This document shows positions 12,390 to 25,790 of a DNA stretch of 64,000 bases, piece after piece (position 1 is the first letter of the stretch; every line of letters begins with the position of its first letter). The notes below the pieces were generated by a model. It had not been told where the DNA came from, ran no database searches, and saw only the letters and a program-made list of their open reading frames with translations. The stretch spans positions 8,992,142 to 9,056,141 of the forward strand of contig NC_068981.1 of NCBI RefSeq assembly GCF_001194135.2, written 5' to 3'. Position numbers and translations under genes: made by a program. Source of the DNA: Octopus bimaculoides (taxonomy: Eukaryota).

Positions 12390-15300
12390 TATTAAATATA
12401 ATAGTAACATCGTTAGGAATGAGAACCCAGGTTCGAAATTTCCCCCAGACACCTGACGAAGGCTGGAGGGTATATCAGCCGAAACGTGTTAACAACAAAC
12501 AAGATGAGGACAAATATCCGTCAAATGTAAATAATGTAAATAATGTTATTATTATTAAGTTTCTATTAACAATTTGGTTCTACAATTTAAAGATTCAAAT
12601 CAGTTTTTACTAACTGAAAGAGGAGACCATAGTCATTCCCCTCTGGCAGTGTCAAATAAAAGAGAAACCACAAACCCATTGCTCCTAGGTTCAAACAGTT
12701 TCACTACTCAACTTAAATACAATGACTGACATCAGCTGGCCCTTAGCTACCTTGATTATGTAGTCCAATGTGCTATTAATCTGAAGTGTTGATTCCTGAT
12801 TCTCCAAAGTTATTTTGTTTGCTAAAAAAACCACCTCAACTTCTTGGCTTCCATTTCCACTTCACTGTTACCCTTCATTTTTTTGAATAAACCACAAAAA
12901 TGGACAAAAGCAGGTGTTTATTTGCTGTTGTGAAACTATCAATCAACAACCAAAATGTAGGAACTGATTGAATCACCAATCCAGACATTTAGAGATCCCA
13001 CCTCCGTACATGACCAACACAACCTTTTCACCTTGCAAACCTAACTGGCTCCAACAACCAAACTGCTGGAGCTAAGACACTCCCAGTTTCTAACAAATCT
13101 ATATTCCATCAAAAGAGGAACCAATAAAGTCTATTTGGAGGTCTTCAGTTATCTGTTACACCATTACCAACAAAACATGTCACCTAAACAGCTAGAAATA
13201 AGACCACTGTAGTCCTAGATACACTATAGGCAAGCCAAGCGAGACCGTAACTGTGGCCTATGCCAGTGCAGCACAACCAGCCCTTCAATCATTGGGCAAT
13301 AAACTGTGCTTGCGAAGACCTGTTGAGGCAAGTGAAATTGTTGTCATGGCCGATGCCAGTGCCTGATTGGCACCCATGTCAGTGGCTTGTTAATAGCATC
13401 ATTCAAGCGTGATTGTCGCCAGCGTTGCCTGACTAGCTCCTGTGCCAGTGACATGTAAAAAAACACCATTTGAGTGTGGTCATTGCCAGTACTGTCTGAC
13501 TGGCTCCGGTGCCAGTGGCGCATAAAAAGCACCATTTGAGTGTAGTTGATGCCAATACCGCCTGACTGGCCCTCATACCGGTGGCACATAAATAGCACCC
13601 ACTACACTCTCGGAGTGGTTGGCCTTAGGAAGGGCATCCAGCTGTAGAAACTTTGCTAGACCAGATTGGAGCCTGGTGCAGCCTTCTGGCTCGCCAGCCC
13701 TCAATCAAACCGTCCAACCCATGCCAGTATGGAAAGCGGACGTTAAACGATGATGATAATGATGAATGAAGGTGAGGAGAGAATATGAATACAAGGAAAC
13801 CAGTGGAAATAATTTGCTGACTTTCACAGAGCAAAATGCAGGGAGAAGAAAGATGTAAACAAGTAGCAGGGTTTGCCAGATATTGTTAAATACTTTCAAA
13901 GAACTGAGATGAGACTATCACTGCTAGATGGACATCAAACGAATGCTTAGTAACATACAAGTATTTTGTACAGGGTTTGATCATCACCAGTAGGTATCAA
14001 TCACAGAGGTAACAAACTGATTGATACGTTACTTGGTGACAAGGACAAAATAAATTCACCCTCCCGTTTCTAAACTAGACATCATTCATTCTAAAACACA
14101 TCTCTACTGACAGATGAAGTCAACTGAGACAAGCTTGGTTCCAAGACAAGATTTTTTGAACAAAAGTGTTAAAAATTAGTTCCTTATGAAGGTTTAAGTA
14201 TGTAAACTATTCAAGCATCACAACCCAAGAGTTGAGATTAAATTGATTGATTAAATACTAAAAATTAAAGCTGCATCAAGATAGTCATCTGCCGCTAAAT
14301 AAAGTTTAATCATAAAAATAAAATAAAATGGAAAGAGCAGTTGATAAGAAATTTGAAGTGTGTAGCGCAGGAGATAATAAAAGAAAAATATTCAGAGAAA
14401 ATTAACCTCAAATCTTGTTTACTTCAAACTAGTTTTGTAGCAAGAACAATGTAAAACTGACAAGAGAAATTGCCATGAGGCCAAAAGGTCAATAAGATGG
14501 GGTAGCCAGTTGTTTAAATGCTACAAAAATCAGATATGAACAGCAGTAGAGCAGGGTCACTATATAATTAGTGTATGGATTTATAGACAACTAAATACAA
14601 TGTATTGCAATATTCGGATCTTTTTTAAAACGGGGGCCACATTTTTCATTAACGAAACACTTTGAAACTTGGAACACTGGTAGAATGTGTCATATAAAAC
14701 ATCTTTTTCTCTTAGTCTTCTTAAAAAAAAAAAGAAATCCCTAAGTTATTCCATGCTAAATTGTCGTATTTCTGTAATTTCAACCAATCACTGACGTCCA
14801 TTCAGCCGATATACATTAAGTGCCGACTACATAAACAAACGATTCTGAAACAATTCTATCGGTGATAGGGTTAGGGTAAAACAGCAAATTTAAAAAGAAA
14901 AAAGCAAAACGAAGCTATGGAAATTAAATACGCTTTACACCGCTTAATCAGCCAAAGGAGTAAAAGTAAACATCTGAATACTTGTCAGTGATTGGTTGAA
15001 ATTATCGAAATAAGACAATTTTTTACATGAAATAAATTCGAATACAAAAATATTTTTCTGTTCTATAACACAAAATAGATAAGTATACAAAGTTTGAAAG
15101 TCTTTCGGTACCAAAAACACTACGTAAAACATTAATGAAAAATGTGGCCCCCGTTTTAAAAAAGATCCCAATATTCAAATTATAATAGACATGTGGGGAA
15201 AAATGTATGTAATTTAATATTCTCACTTTTAATCATCTTATACATTAAAGTAGATAGGTGCATGTTTGTAAACGCATGCATACCCCACCCACCCAAATAA

Positions 15301-18300
15301 TCTAATTTGGAGTAGAAAGACAACTCTTGTTAATATATACATGGAATTGCAACAAACAAAACAAATACAAGGTCACTAACAGGTCTGGATAGGAGACTAG
15401 AGGAATCAACATTTTATTTGGAAGCAAGATTTGTGACAAGAAGAGCATGGAACTATAGAAAGAAAAAAAACTGTCTCATTAACTTTTGTCCAACCCATAT
15501 CAGCATGGAAACGTAGCCAGTAAAACAATTATGATCACAAACACACATGCATAGTTGTAAATATGTTTTGAAACATATGTCATAAATTTATCAAGTGGGA
15601 ATTATAAAATAGGTCAATGGAGGAAAAGAATGCTTTCTGATTTCAGTGGTGGGACGAGGACGAGGACAAGTGCTTTTATGTAACAACATTCAGTTTCTGA
15701 GTTAAGAAAGAAATTAATAAAAATACAAATTGAATCCAAGAAACGGTTAAAGATATTTCTGAAAGATAATTCCAAAGCCACTGTGATGGCATTTTGTTGC
15801 CAGAAAGAAGTCAACTAAATCAGACAAACTAAGGACGTAAAATGTTTATATTCAGATCGTATTGTCTCTGTGGGTGACACACAACACTCAACCTAAATAG
15901 AAAAAGCGGCCAAATCTCCCACAAAATATATTGGACCACATTTAAGAAAAGATGCATTAGATAGTTAAATCTGAATAAAAGATGGGATGGTCACAACTGG
16001 AAAGTCTCTGATCATAGATCAACTCAATTACAACTAACATAGAGTTATATAGTTTCAGTGAACCTTGGTACAATCAGAACCAGAACAATTTCCTACGTGA
16101 TCAATGAAAACGACTTGAAATAAAAGACCAGCTAAAATAAGCCTGTTTCTATCTAAAATGAGAATTCCAACAGAAATCTTGCTGCTCCATTCATGAAAAC
16201 ATGTAACTCCACAAGATATGCAATTAACATATTTATTACTTTTTCCAGATATCTTTACCCCATTACAACTGGAAAAGAAAAATGGACACCATTTCATTCA
16301 CAAGAGACATTTGATTTGAATTTTTCTGTTTTTAAATTCTTCAAAAACAATAGTCAAAAAAATATAGCCACCTGCAATGGAGAATCAGAAATTTCAATTC
16401 CAAATGTGAAAGCAACAACTCTGACAACAGTTCTGATAGGAAAAGTAAGTAATTTTTACCAAAATCAGAATGAGAAAAGGATTTTTAAAGTATTCTTNNN
16501 NNNNNNNATTTGAATTTTTCTGTTTTTAAATTCTTCAAAAACAATAGTCAAAAAAATATAGCCACCTGCAATGGAGAATCAGAAATTTCAATTCCAAATG
16601 TGAAAGCAACAACTCTGACAACAGTTCTGATAGGAAAAGTAAGTAATTTTTACCAAAATCAGAATGAGAAAAGGATTTTTAAAGTATTCTTTTTTGTAAA
16701 AGATTTTTCAGATAAGGCAGGAGCCAGTCACAGTCTTTCCAATGAATCAAAGGCAAAGAATGGTTTTATATACTTTTTTTTCCTTTTCAATTATTCCAAA
16801 CTGTTACACAGAATATAAACGAAGGAAAAACAAACAATAGTTTCTGATCTCCTACATGCCTAAACGAAATTAAGACACTTTTGCTCAAAACATTTTTATG
16901 GACATGAAAACTACTGGAATATAGAGAAACCTTCCAGTATTTATGACACAAGACAAGATTGTTTGAAATCAAGTCAGTTCTTACATAGAAAAGACACTGG
17001 CAATACACCAGTGAGTGGACTAGAAAATTATGAATCCTTACTGAAGAACCTTCCTGGTAGTGTTTATAGCAGAGAGGTGACTATCAATAGAAGATGGCAT
17101 AATGGGATATAAGGGCCAGGTACATTTCAGACAGTATATGCTAGACAAACCCACAAAATAGGGTATCAATACTTGCGAGATTAGCAAGCTAAGTATTGAG
17201 TACTATTATGGGTATAATCACCATCAGCCTCATCATCATTTAACGTCCACTTTCCTTGCTGGCATGGGTTGGACAGTTTGACTGAGGACTGGTGAGCTAG
17301 AGGCTGCACCAGGCTCAATCTGATTAGGCAAAATTTCTACAACTGGATGCCCTTCCTAACTCCAACCACTCTGAGAGTGTAGTGGGTGCTTTTACATGCC
17401 ACCGGCATGAGGGCCAGTCAGGCGGTTCATACAGGGAAAAAAGCACAGCATGGCGTAAGGTATGATGCAATCTGGAAATTATCACTTCCATATCGTAACG
17501 AGGGTCATATATAATTTTTTGATCAATTTTTCAGTTCAAATTTACAGATTTAGAAACTAAGCTGTGGTAACATGGAAAAGTGCTACAATGATCGCAAAGA
17601 AAAGAAAAAGGATGGTCACTGGACTATAAAAAAAAAAGCCAAATTACAAAAATAATAATCTAATGGCAGAAAGGAAATTTGTTAGTGACCACATTACAGT
17701 GGTAAGAGATAAATCAATTTTCTATCCACATGTGCTCAAAAACATGTGGATGGAAATGGCGCATCATATGTGAAACCCAGTCAGACAAGTTGCATGTGAA
17801 AGCATTTTGATGATAAATAAAGTTACAAAGGTTTTATAAAACTATATANNNNNNNNNNNNNNNNNNNNNNNNNNNGTGGATGGAAATGGCGCATCATATG
17901 TGAAACCCAGTCAGACAAGTTGCATGTGAAAGCATTTTGATGATAAATAAAGTTACAAAGGTTTTATAAAACTATATTTATAAATCTATATTCACAATTA
18001 TTTTAGAATTAAGTAAAACTGAAAAAAAGTAAACCATTTGGCATCACTTGAAAAAGACAATTTAGATAGAAAATATAGATACACAGAGTTTCTAACAGCT
18101 GTTTCTGGTCCTTGTGGGGGTTGCTGAGTAGCTTACAAAACAGGAAAGGAAAAGAAAGAAAGAGGAAAACTACTCCCTTGACTAAATGGGAGGGTATTTG
18201 AGAGAGTAGAGAGATGGATGACTAGGACAAGCAGAGGTAGCCATGTTTTCGTTAGATTTGGAATGATTTTGATAATTTTCAATTGTAAACTTTATTAATT

Positions 18301-21300
18301 CTTTAAACATGGATTTTTCTTACATGGATATATAATAAATATTTTCAGGTGTAGAGTTTGTCTATCTGTTGAAACTTTTTAAAGACATTGACTCCAATGT
18401 CTCTCTATCTCTGAGACCCACCTTTCATTTTTAAACTCATAGCCAATGAATAAAATCTCTCTAATTAAAAGTAACTGTGTTGCTGACACTACTCTGACCT
18501 CGTTAAAATTTCTGGCATGACAATTTCAAAAATTAGTTGTTTTGTTTTTGTTGTAGTTACTTTTATTGCTAAAAATATTAGATTAAAACAGGTCATGTTA
18601 TCAATATGCTGTCTTTGTTGAATTTCATTCAGATCTAATTATCATCAGCATCATCACCACCACCACCATCATTTAATAACCTATGTTGTCATAGGTTACA
18701 TGATTTGACAAGAGCTGGTAAGGCTGGGAGCCATAGCAGGTCCCATTGCCTGTTTTGGCATGGTTTCTACAGCTGGATACCCTTCCTAATGCCTAATTAC
18801 ATTAAAATTTGTTGATTGTGAAAATAAAAAGATACAAAAAAACATAACTTGTGTTTAATTTATCCAAAGTCTTCTTGATTGGGTTTGAAGATTTTTGGAA
18901 TAAACATATTTTGTGCATCGAATGGTGGGAGTTTATAATAACCAAATGCACGCACACAGTCACAAGGCCTTGTAAGTTGATTTGGTAATCTAAAAGAAAC
19001 CTGTCGTGTGTGTGTGTGTGTTTATAACATTGTCTGATTTCATGTGATGGCTGTAAATGAGCAACAGTGTCAGAGGCACAAATGTCTGCTTCTGGTCTTC
19101 TATGAAAAAATGTCTGACAATGGGAAGACACTACCTGACTTGGAAACAGATAAGGATTGACAACAACAGGGAAAAGAAGAATGTTGAAACAATAATGAGG
19201 ACTTCAACCATTTCCTTCCTATATTTCTAACTAAAATACACTTCTTATGTGTGTTTCATTTCAGTTCAAACTGGAACTTTAATGATCAACCAAACAAAGC
19301 ACTCATAGAACATACCAGGTCATCTGATGAATACTCCTTGCATATTATATCATCATCATCATCATCATTTAACATCCACCTTCCATGCTGGCATGGGTTG
19401 GACAGTTTGACGGGAGCCAGCCAGGCAGAAGCCTGCAGCAGACTTCTGTGTCTGTTTTGGCAGGGTTTTTTATGGTTGGATGCCCTTCCGAACACCAACC
19501 ACCCTGCAGAGTGGATTAGAAAGGAATCAGATGTAGTGTGCAGGAGAAAATACAGCACATGTATGGTCACATGATGCAGATGGATGAGGAAGTACCAATC
19601 ACTCAAAGAGGAAGGAAGTTGTGGAAAAGAGAGACCCAAGAAGACATGGGACAAAGTATTAAGAGATACAGAACCTTGAAGAGGAGATGACAAAAGACTG
19701 AGATATCCGGCCCCTTGTTGTGCTCAAGAAAACCCACCCACCACAACAGAATTGATATCCTAAAACCACCTTGGCAAATGCTTGTATGTGCAAAGCAGCT
19801 CTACCCTAAACCCATCAAGCTTCTCCCTAAATTCATGACTTGATATTATTCAACAACCATAATCACCTTCCCCCTCTCCTACCCCTCCCCAGGACCACCT
19901 CCATTCCTCCTTGTCTTCCTCCTCTCTACTATACTCCATCCATCCTTAACCCCTATCTTTTATCCCCTATCTCTACCAATGCCCTCACATATCTAACATA
20001 ACCCCTTCCCCCACTGTGCCACTCCTATTTCCCAACATATCCACTACCATCTCTATTTTTCTAAGTCTCCTTCACACTGTCTCTCTCTCTCTCTCTTTCT
20101 CCTATTATTTTTTTAACCTCACATCAACTGGCACAAAGCCACCGCCTTCAATACTGCCACTCCCCACACTGCCTCAAGTCAAGGGAAACTGCCTTCTTTT
20201 GCAATGTAGTTGATGACCCCCAGATGAAAAAAAAGGCATCCAGTCATAGAAGGTATTCCAAAACAGAGCTTGACACAGCCCTCCAGCCTGCCATCTCCTG
20301 TCAAACCATCCAACCCACACCAGCATGGAAAAATGACTATAAATGATGATGATGACGATATATATATATACACACACACAAACATCATCACTCTTTAACG
20401 TCCGCTTTTCATGCTGGCATGGGTTGGGACGATTTGACCAGAGCTGGTAAGCAGCAGAGCTGCATCAGGTTCCAATCTGATTTGGATTGGTTTCTACTTC
20501 GAGAAGCCCTTCCTAATGCCAACCACATAACAGCTAAGAGCTGGATGCTTTTAACATGGCACAAACAGGCAGACAGACCAAATTTGCGGTTGGAGCAAAG
20601 CCTCCACCAGAACTAAGGTGACATGGTGGTGGAACAGTGAAGAGACAGGGCTGGAAAGAATGGGAAAATGGGGGTAGCAAAGAATATCAGAAAGCTAAAA
20701 GGGAAGCTAGACATTAGGTTTATCTAGCTAGGGCAGAAGCAGAAAGGAAGAGGTTTGCTAATGTCCTACAGCATGAAGATCAGACTTGAGGTGTTTCAGA
20801 TTACTGGACTATGTCAGAGAGAATCGAGATATTGTAGGAGAGAGAAGTGTGTACAGATGGATAATGGTATGCTTGCATTTAGTCTTTCAGACAAGAAAGA
20901 GGAGTGGAAGAGTTACTATGCTAGGCTATTAAGTATGGAGAATGAATGGGATAGAGAAAGTCTTCCTCGTGCGAACCTAACAGAGGGACCAGCTATCCAA
21001 GTGGATAGCTGTAGGGTAGATAAGGCAATTATTCAGGAAGGTATAATACCCAGTGACTGATGTAGCTGCATTATTGTTAACTGCTACAAGGCTAATGGAG
21101 ATGCCTAAGATAGAAATAATTATAGATGCCTCAAACTATTGGATCAGATGATGAAAATTCCAGAGACCATTATAGCTTAATTAATTAGTAGCAGAATTAA
21201 GCAAAACAAAATTCAGTTTGTCTATGCACCAAGGAGCACTACTGATACTATTTTCATAGTCAGGCAACTGTAAAGGAAGCACTTAGCTAAGAATAAACTG

Positions 21301-24300
21301 CTATACTTGTCATTTGTTTGTCTGGAGAAAGCCTTCAATAGGGTATCCCCTGCTGTGTGATATGGTTGGCTCTGAAGGGGATAGTAGATGAGTGGCTGGT
21401 GAAAAATGTACAGGCCTTGTACAAAGACACTGTCAGTAAGGTAGGAGTTAACCACGAGTACTGTGAAGAATTTGGTGTACAGGTAGGGGTTCATCAAGGT
21501 TGCATCCCTAGTCCCCTCCTTTTCATCACTGTCCTCTAGGCCATAACAGGGGAATTCAAGACCAGCAGTCACTGGGAACTACTATATGCTGATGATCTTG
21601 CCCTCATAGCAGGGCCTTATGGTTAACATATCAAAGGCTAATGTTTTAGAAAGTAAGAAAACAGACTCTACCCCCATCAGGAGAATGGCCTTGCTCAATT
21701 TGTAGGAAAGGTGTAAGTAGGAATTCCATATGGTGTACCCAGTGTACTCAGCACAAGAGGTGCAGTGGAAGAATAGGAAGACTGTCAGAGAAAGTAATGT
21801 TTGTATGTGGAAGATGCACAGGAGTCATAGGAAATTAGATTCTCAGGAAATTGGTTTTTTCAAGTGCCCCAGAGACCGTTTAGAGGTAGTGGATAATTTC
21901 TGTTACCTAGGGGACCTAATTAGCTGCAGGGGGAAGATGCATGGAAAGTGTAATCACTAGAATAAGAATAGGATGGAGAAAATTCAGAGATCTTTTACCT
22001 CTGTTCTCTCCCTCCAAGTGAAAGGAAGATTGTACGATGCATACAAACAGCAATTCTACATGATAGTGAGATATGAGCCCTCAATGCAGAGGACATGCGA
22101 AGGCTAGAGAGGAATGAGGCTGGTATGCTCTGTTTGGATGTGTAATGTAAGAGTACATATGCAACAAAGTGCTAGAGTGTTGAGAGAAATGTCAGGCATA
22201 AGAGGAATTAGATGCAGTGTGCAAGAGAGAAGACCGTGTTGGTCGGTTTGGTCATGTGATACAGATGGGTGTCGACAGCTCTATAAAGTGCCGATCACTC
22301 ACAGTGGATGGAACTCATGAAAGAAGGAGACCCAGGAAGACAAGGACAACCTCAGGACACTACCTTGCAGAGATGATAAAGGTGAGTGAGACTATTCAGA
22401 GAAGAGCAAGACACGGATATAAAAAGGATGCTTGACAAGTTGTAAGAATTAAACATTATAAATATTATTAGCAAAATACTATGGAAGACGTCATTTGTTT
22501 TTATAAAAGGGGTTACGTGAATATATTGTTGAGGCTTTGTTTTACAGCTGCATTTGCTTCCTCTTAGTAACCATTTTTTTTGCAAGCAGGGGATCTCCTT
22601 ATTTTACACATCATCTCAGGAGCAAAACCAGCCAAAGATTTGGTGAGAGGAGAAATGACAACAAAATCATTGTTTGCAGCTCAGGGTTTTTGGGGGATGC
22701 ACTGATACAAACACACACATACATGACAAGGTCTTTTCGGTTTCTGCTTTCAAGCTAACTTGCAAGGATTTGATTGATCCAGGATTATAAGTAGAAGACA
22801 ATTAGCCAAGGTGTTGTATAGAACAACTGAACCTCTTAACCACAGACAAAACTGCACCTCTCAGAGCATATCTTAATCCATGAAAATAGCACATGTTGAG
22901 GGCATGTACTCATACAGCAAAATTCCATACATCAGGGGTATATATTAATATAACAAAATATCATTTCCCAAGGACATATAAGTGGTGGATTTATAGAATA
23001 CAACTGAAAATGGTATCATGCAGGGTGGTGTCAACAAGGGTAAAGAAAATAAGCACAAAAATAGGAATTTAGAGAAATAGTGGTCACTGCTGTTAGAAAT
23101 GAAATAATAAAGCATTGAGTATGGCAGTCAGTCAGTTCTGAGCTTGAATAAACAATAATGCCACAAACACCCTGTTTTAAAGTGACATTTTACTAAAAGA
23201 AGCTAAAGAAACAATTTTTTGTAATAAATTTTCTTTCTAAATTAACAAATATTTTGTAACTGTTTTTAATTGGTATCAGGTTTTATAATGCAGTTTGTTG
23301 TTGCAATACTAAAACATTCCATACAACTATCCAATTCTCAAGTAGAAAAGATATCCATTCTTTAGGTATAATGTATCAATTAGAACATAACAATGTCACA
23401 TTCCTACTAACGACACAATGAAATCTGTTGCTCCTAATCCAACATTAGAAACATTTCCCTTGAGATCTACACTGTATCATCCTCATCCTTATCTCTAGTT
23501 TTACCAGGTTAACAACTCTTCTCCAGCACAGCATCTCACCACAGTCCTTTATCTCTTTTGTGAAATTCAGCCTCCACCTCTCTCTCTCTTATTTCCTCAA
23601 TCTTCATTTTCTGTCACTTCCTTCCTCTTAGACCAGCCACTTTAGTCCCATTACACATACACATCCAACAAAACATGTTCACCTCATTTCTTCCCAGCTT
23701 CTACCCATCCTACACTCAACGGCCAGGTTCCACAACCATACATCACACTTCATACACAAGAATTACACAATCTAACCTTGACTCTCACAAGTAATGGCTT
23801 CCTGCACTTTTCCAGCCTGTTTTTATTCTGACTATACTTTCACAAAACTTCTCTGCATTTGGTAACTTAGCTAACAGAAGTATTGGATGGAATATATTTC
23901 TTGCATCCTCTCACAGCTAACTACAGTTGTGCATCTACCACAAAACCACCCAGTTTGCCTCCTCTACTTGTAACCTCACATTCCTTGTATATATGAAGTA
24001 GGCCAGTTGAGATACAGCAGTTGTATGGTGACATCTTGACAGTAGAGTTCTACTTGTTCTTTTTCTTCCTAATATTTTTGTCTTTACTCAATTTACTTTC
24101 AGCCTTCCTAATTTTCTGCTTTTGCTTCCATATCTGGAATTTTCATCTCTAAATTTTAGACATCTTAATCTATGAAGAATTAAGCTATTGGAGTTCCTAC
24201 AACTGGTTTTATGATTAGGAGACAGTTATGAGCCAAGCTGTGATGGACACCTACCTGCATGCTAAATTCCTAACTTGTTGCTCACTTCAGCTAACAAAAT

Positions 24301-25758
24301 GCAATCAACACTCAATTTTCTCAGCAACAGCCAAACTACAAAGGTGTGGTACTCTACCAAAGGATTTTTACAGTTCATTAAATCCTAGGTAGAGTGGTTT
24401 ATTGTTAACTGACAACACCTGTAGTTATCTCAGTAGAAATAACATTCTTGCAAAAGATGATCTATCAATTTGATACCTCTAAGTTGTCTCCTTCTCTATT
24501 ACTACATCAGTTATAGTGGATAATCTTTCCCTGGATTATAGAAGTCACTAGTCCCTGCCCCTACAGGCAGCTTATCCCTTAACATCCACCTGCTTCCATT
24601 TTCATATCTTTCGTCACACTTTCGACCATCAACTTTTCACACCGTTTAGTCCCTGTTCCCTATCACATTGCCTCTTTCAGGAATCTCATAATAATATTTC
24701 AAAGACTTTTTTTTTGTTTGTTTTATAAAAAATGTTCGATTTTATTTATGAATAGATGAAAATCGATAATTTGATAGACTTGCATCGAATAGGGCCAAGC
24801 AAGATAGTAAAATTATTAACTTCGAATAGTTTTTTTAATAAAATTGTAAGCAAAAGATGCTAATTTTTTTTTACATAGGTAATTAAAAATGTAGAAAATT
24901 GCAGCAACGTTGAAATAATGTCTTTTAAAAGTTGGCTAATTTATGCCAAGTTTACGATGACGTAAGTCTAGAATTGAAAAATTGCACCAAGAAAAGAGGG
25001 GAAGAATATGAAGAGGGAAATGAAATAAAAGAAATATTANNNNNNNNNNNNNNNNNNNNNNNNNNNNNNNNNNNNNNNNNNNNNNNNNNNNNNNNNNNNN
25101 NNNNNNNNNNNNNNNNNNNNNNNNNNNNNNNNNNNNNNNNNNNNNNNNNNNNNNNNNNNNNNNNNNNNNNNNNNNNNNNNNNNNNNNNNNNNNNNNNNNN
25201 NNNNNNNNNNNNNNNNNNNNNNNNNNNNNNNNNNNNNNNNNNNNNNNNNNNNNNNNNNNNNNNNNNNNNNNNNNNNNNNNNNNNNNNNNNNNNNNNNNNN
25301 NNNNNNNNNNNNNNNNNNNNNNNNNNNNNNNNNNNNNNNNNNNNNNNNNNNNNNNNNNNNNNNNNNNNNNNNNNNNNNNNNNNNNNNNNNNNNNNNNNNN
25401 NNNNNNNNNNNNNNNNNNNNNNNNNNNNNNNNNNNNNNNNNNNNNNNNNNNNNNNNNNNNNNNNNNNNNNNNNNNNNNNNNNNNNNNNNNNNNNNNNNNN
25501 NNNNNNNNNNNNNNNNNNNNNNNNNNNNNNNNNNNNNNNNNNNNNNNNNNNNNNNNNNNNNNNNNNNNNNNNNNNNNNNNNNNNNNNNNNNNNNNNNNNN
25601 NNNNNNNNNNNNNNNNNNNNNNNNNNNNNNNNNNNNNNNNNNNNNNNNNNNGTTGACACACACACACACACACACACACACACCTGCCAACGTATAGAGA
25701 CACACACACACCTGCCAACACAAACACACACCTGCCAACGTATACACACACACACACA

Positions 25759-25790
<32 letters not shown>

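Larger units (their letters stand above)
12195..12548. mobile_element. Fold-back (palindromic) Penelope-related element: inverted arms 12195-12348 and 12398-12548 around an (ATT)n spacer
   Basis: Arms of 154 and 151 nt are reverse complements apart from about 2 substitutions and a 3-nt deletion; each contains a hammerhead core. Confidence 0.85.

Noticed and set aside
12028-12613. ORFs of about 100 aa on both strands
   Set aside because: Mirror translations of the palindrome arms and (ATT)n spacer.
12870-13620. Regularly spaced hairpin repeats resembling a CRISPR array (13380-13600)
   Set aside because: Eukaryotic context, no unique spacers or cas genes; they are LINE 3' UTR subrepeats.
16314-16691. 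Tandem duplication of the candidate antisense exon
   Set aside because: Identical copies flank a 10-N gap, typical of overlapping contig ends; the same applies near 17746-17977.
18085-18135. Decayed Penelope-type hammerhead (GAAACAGCTGT on the minus strand; similar near 9870-9910)
   Set aside because: The CUGANGA core has several substitutions; at most a relic.
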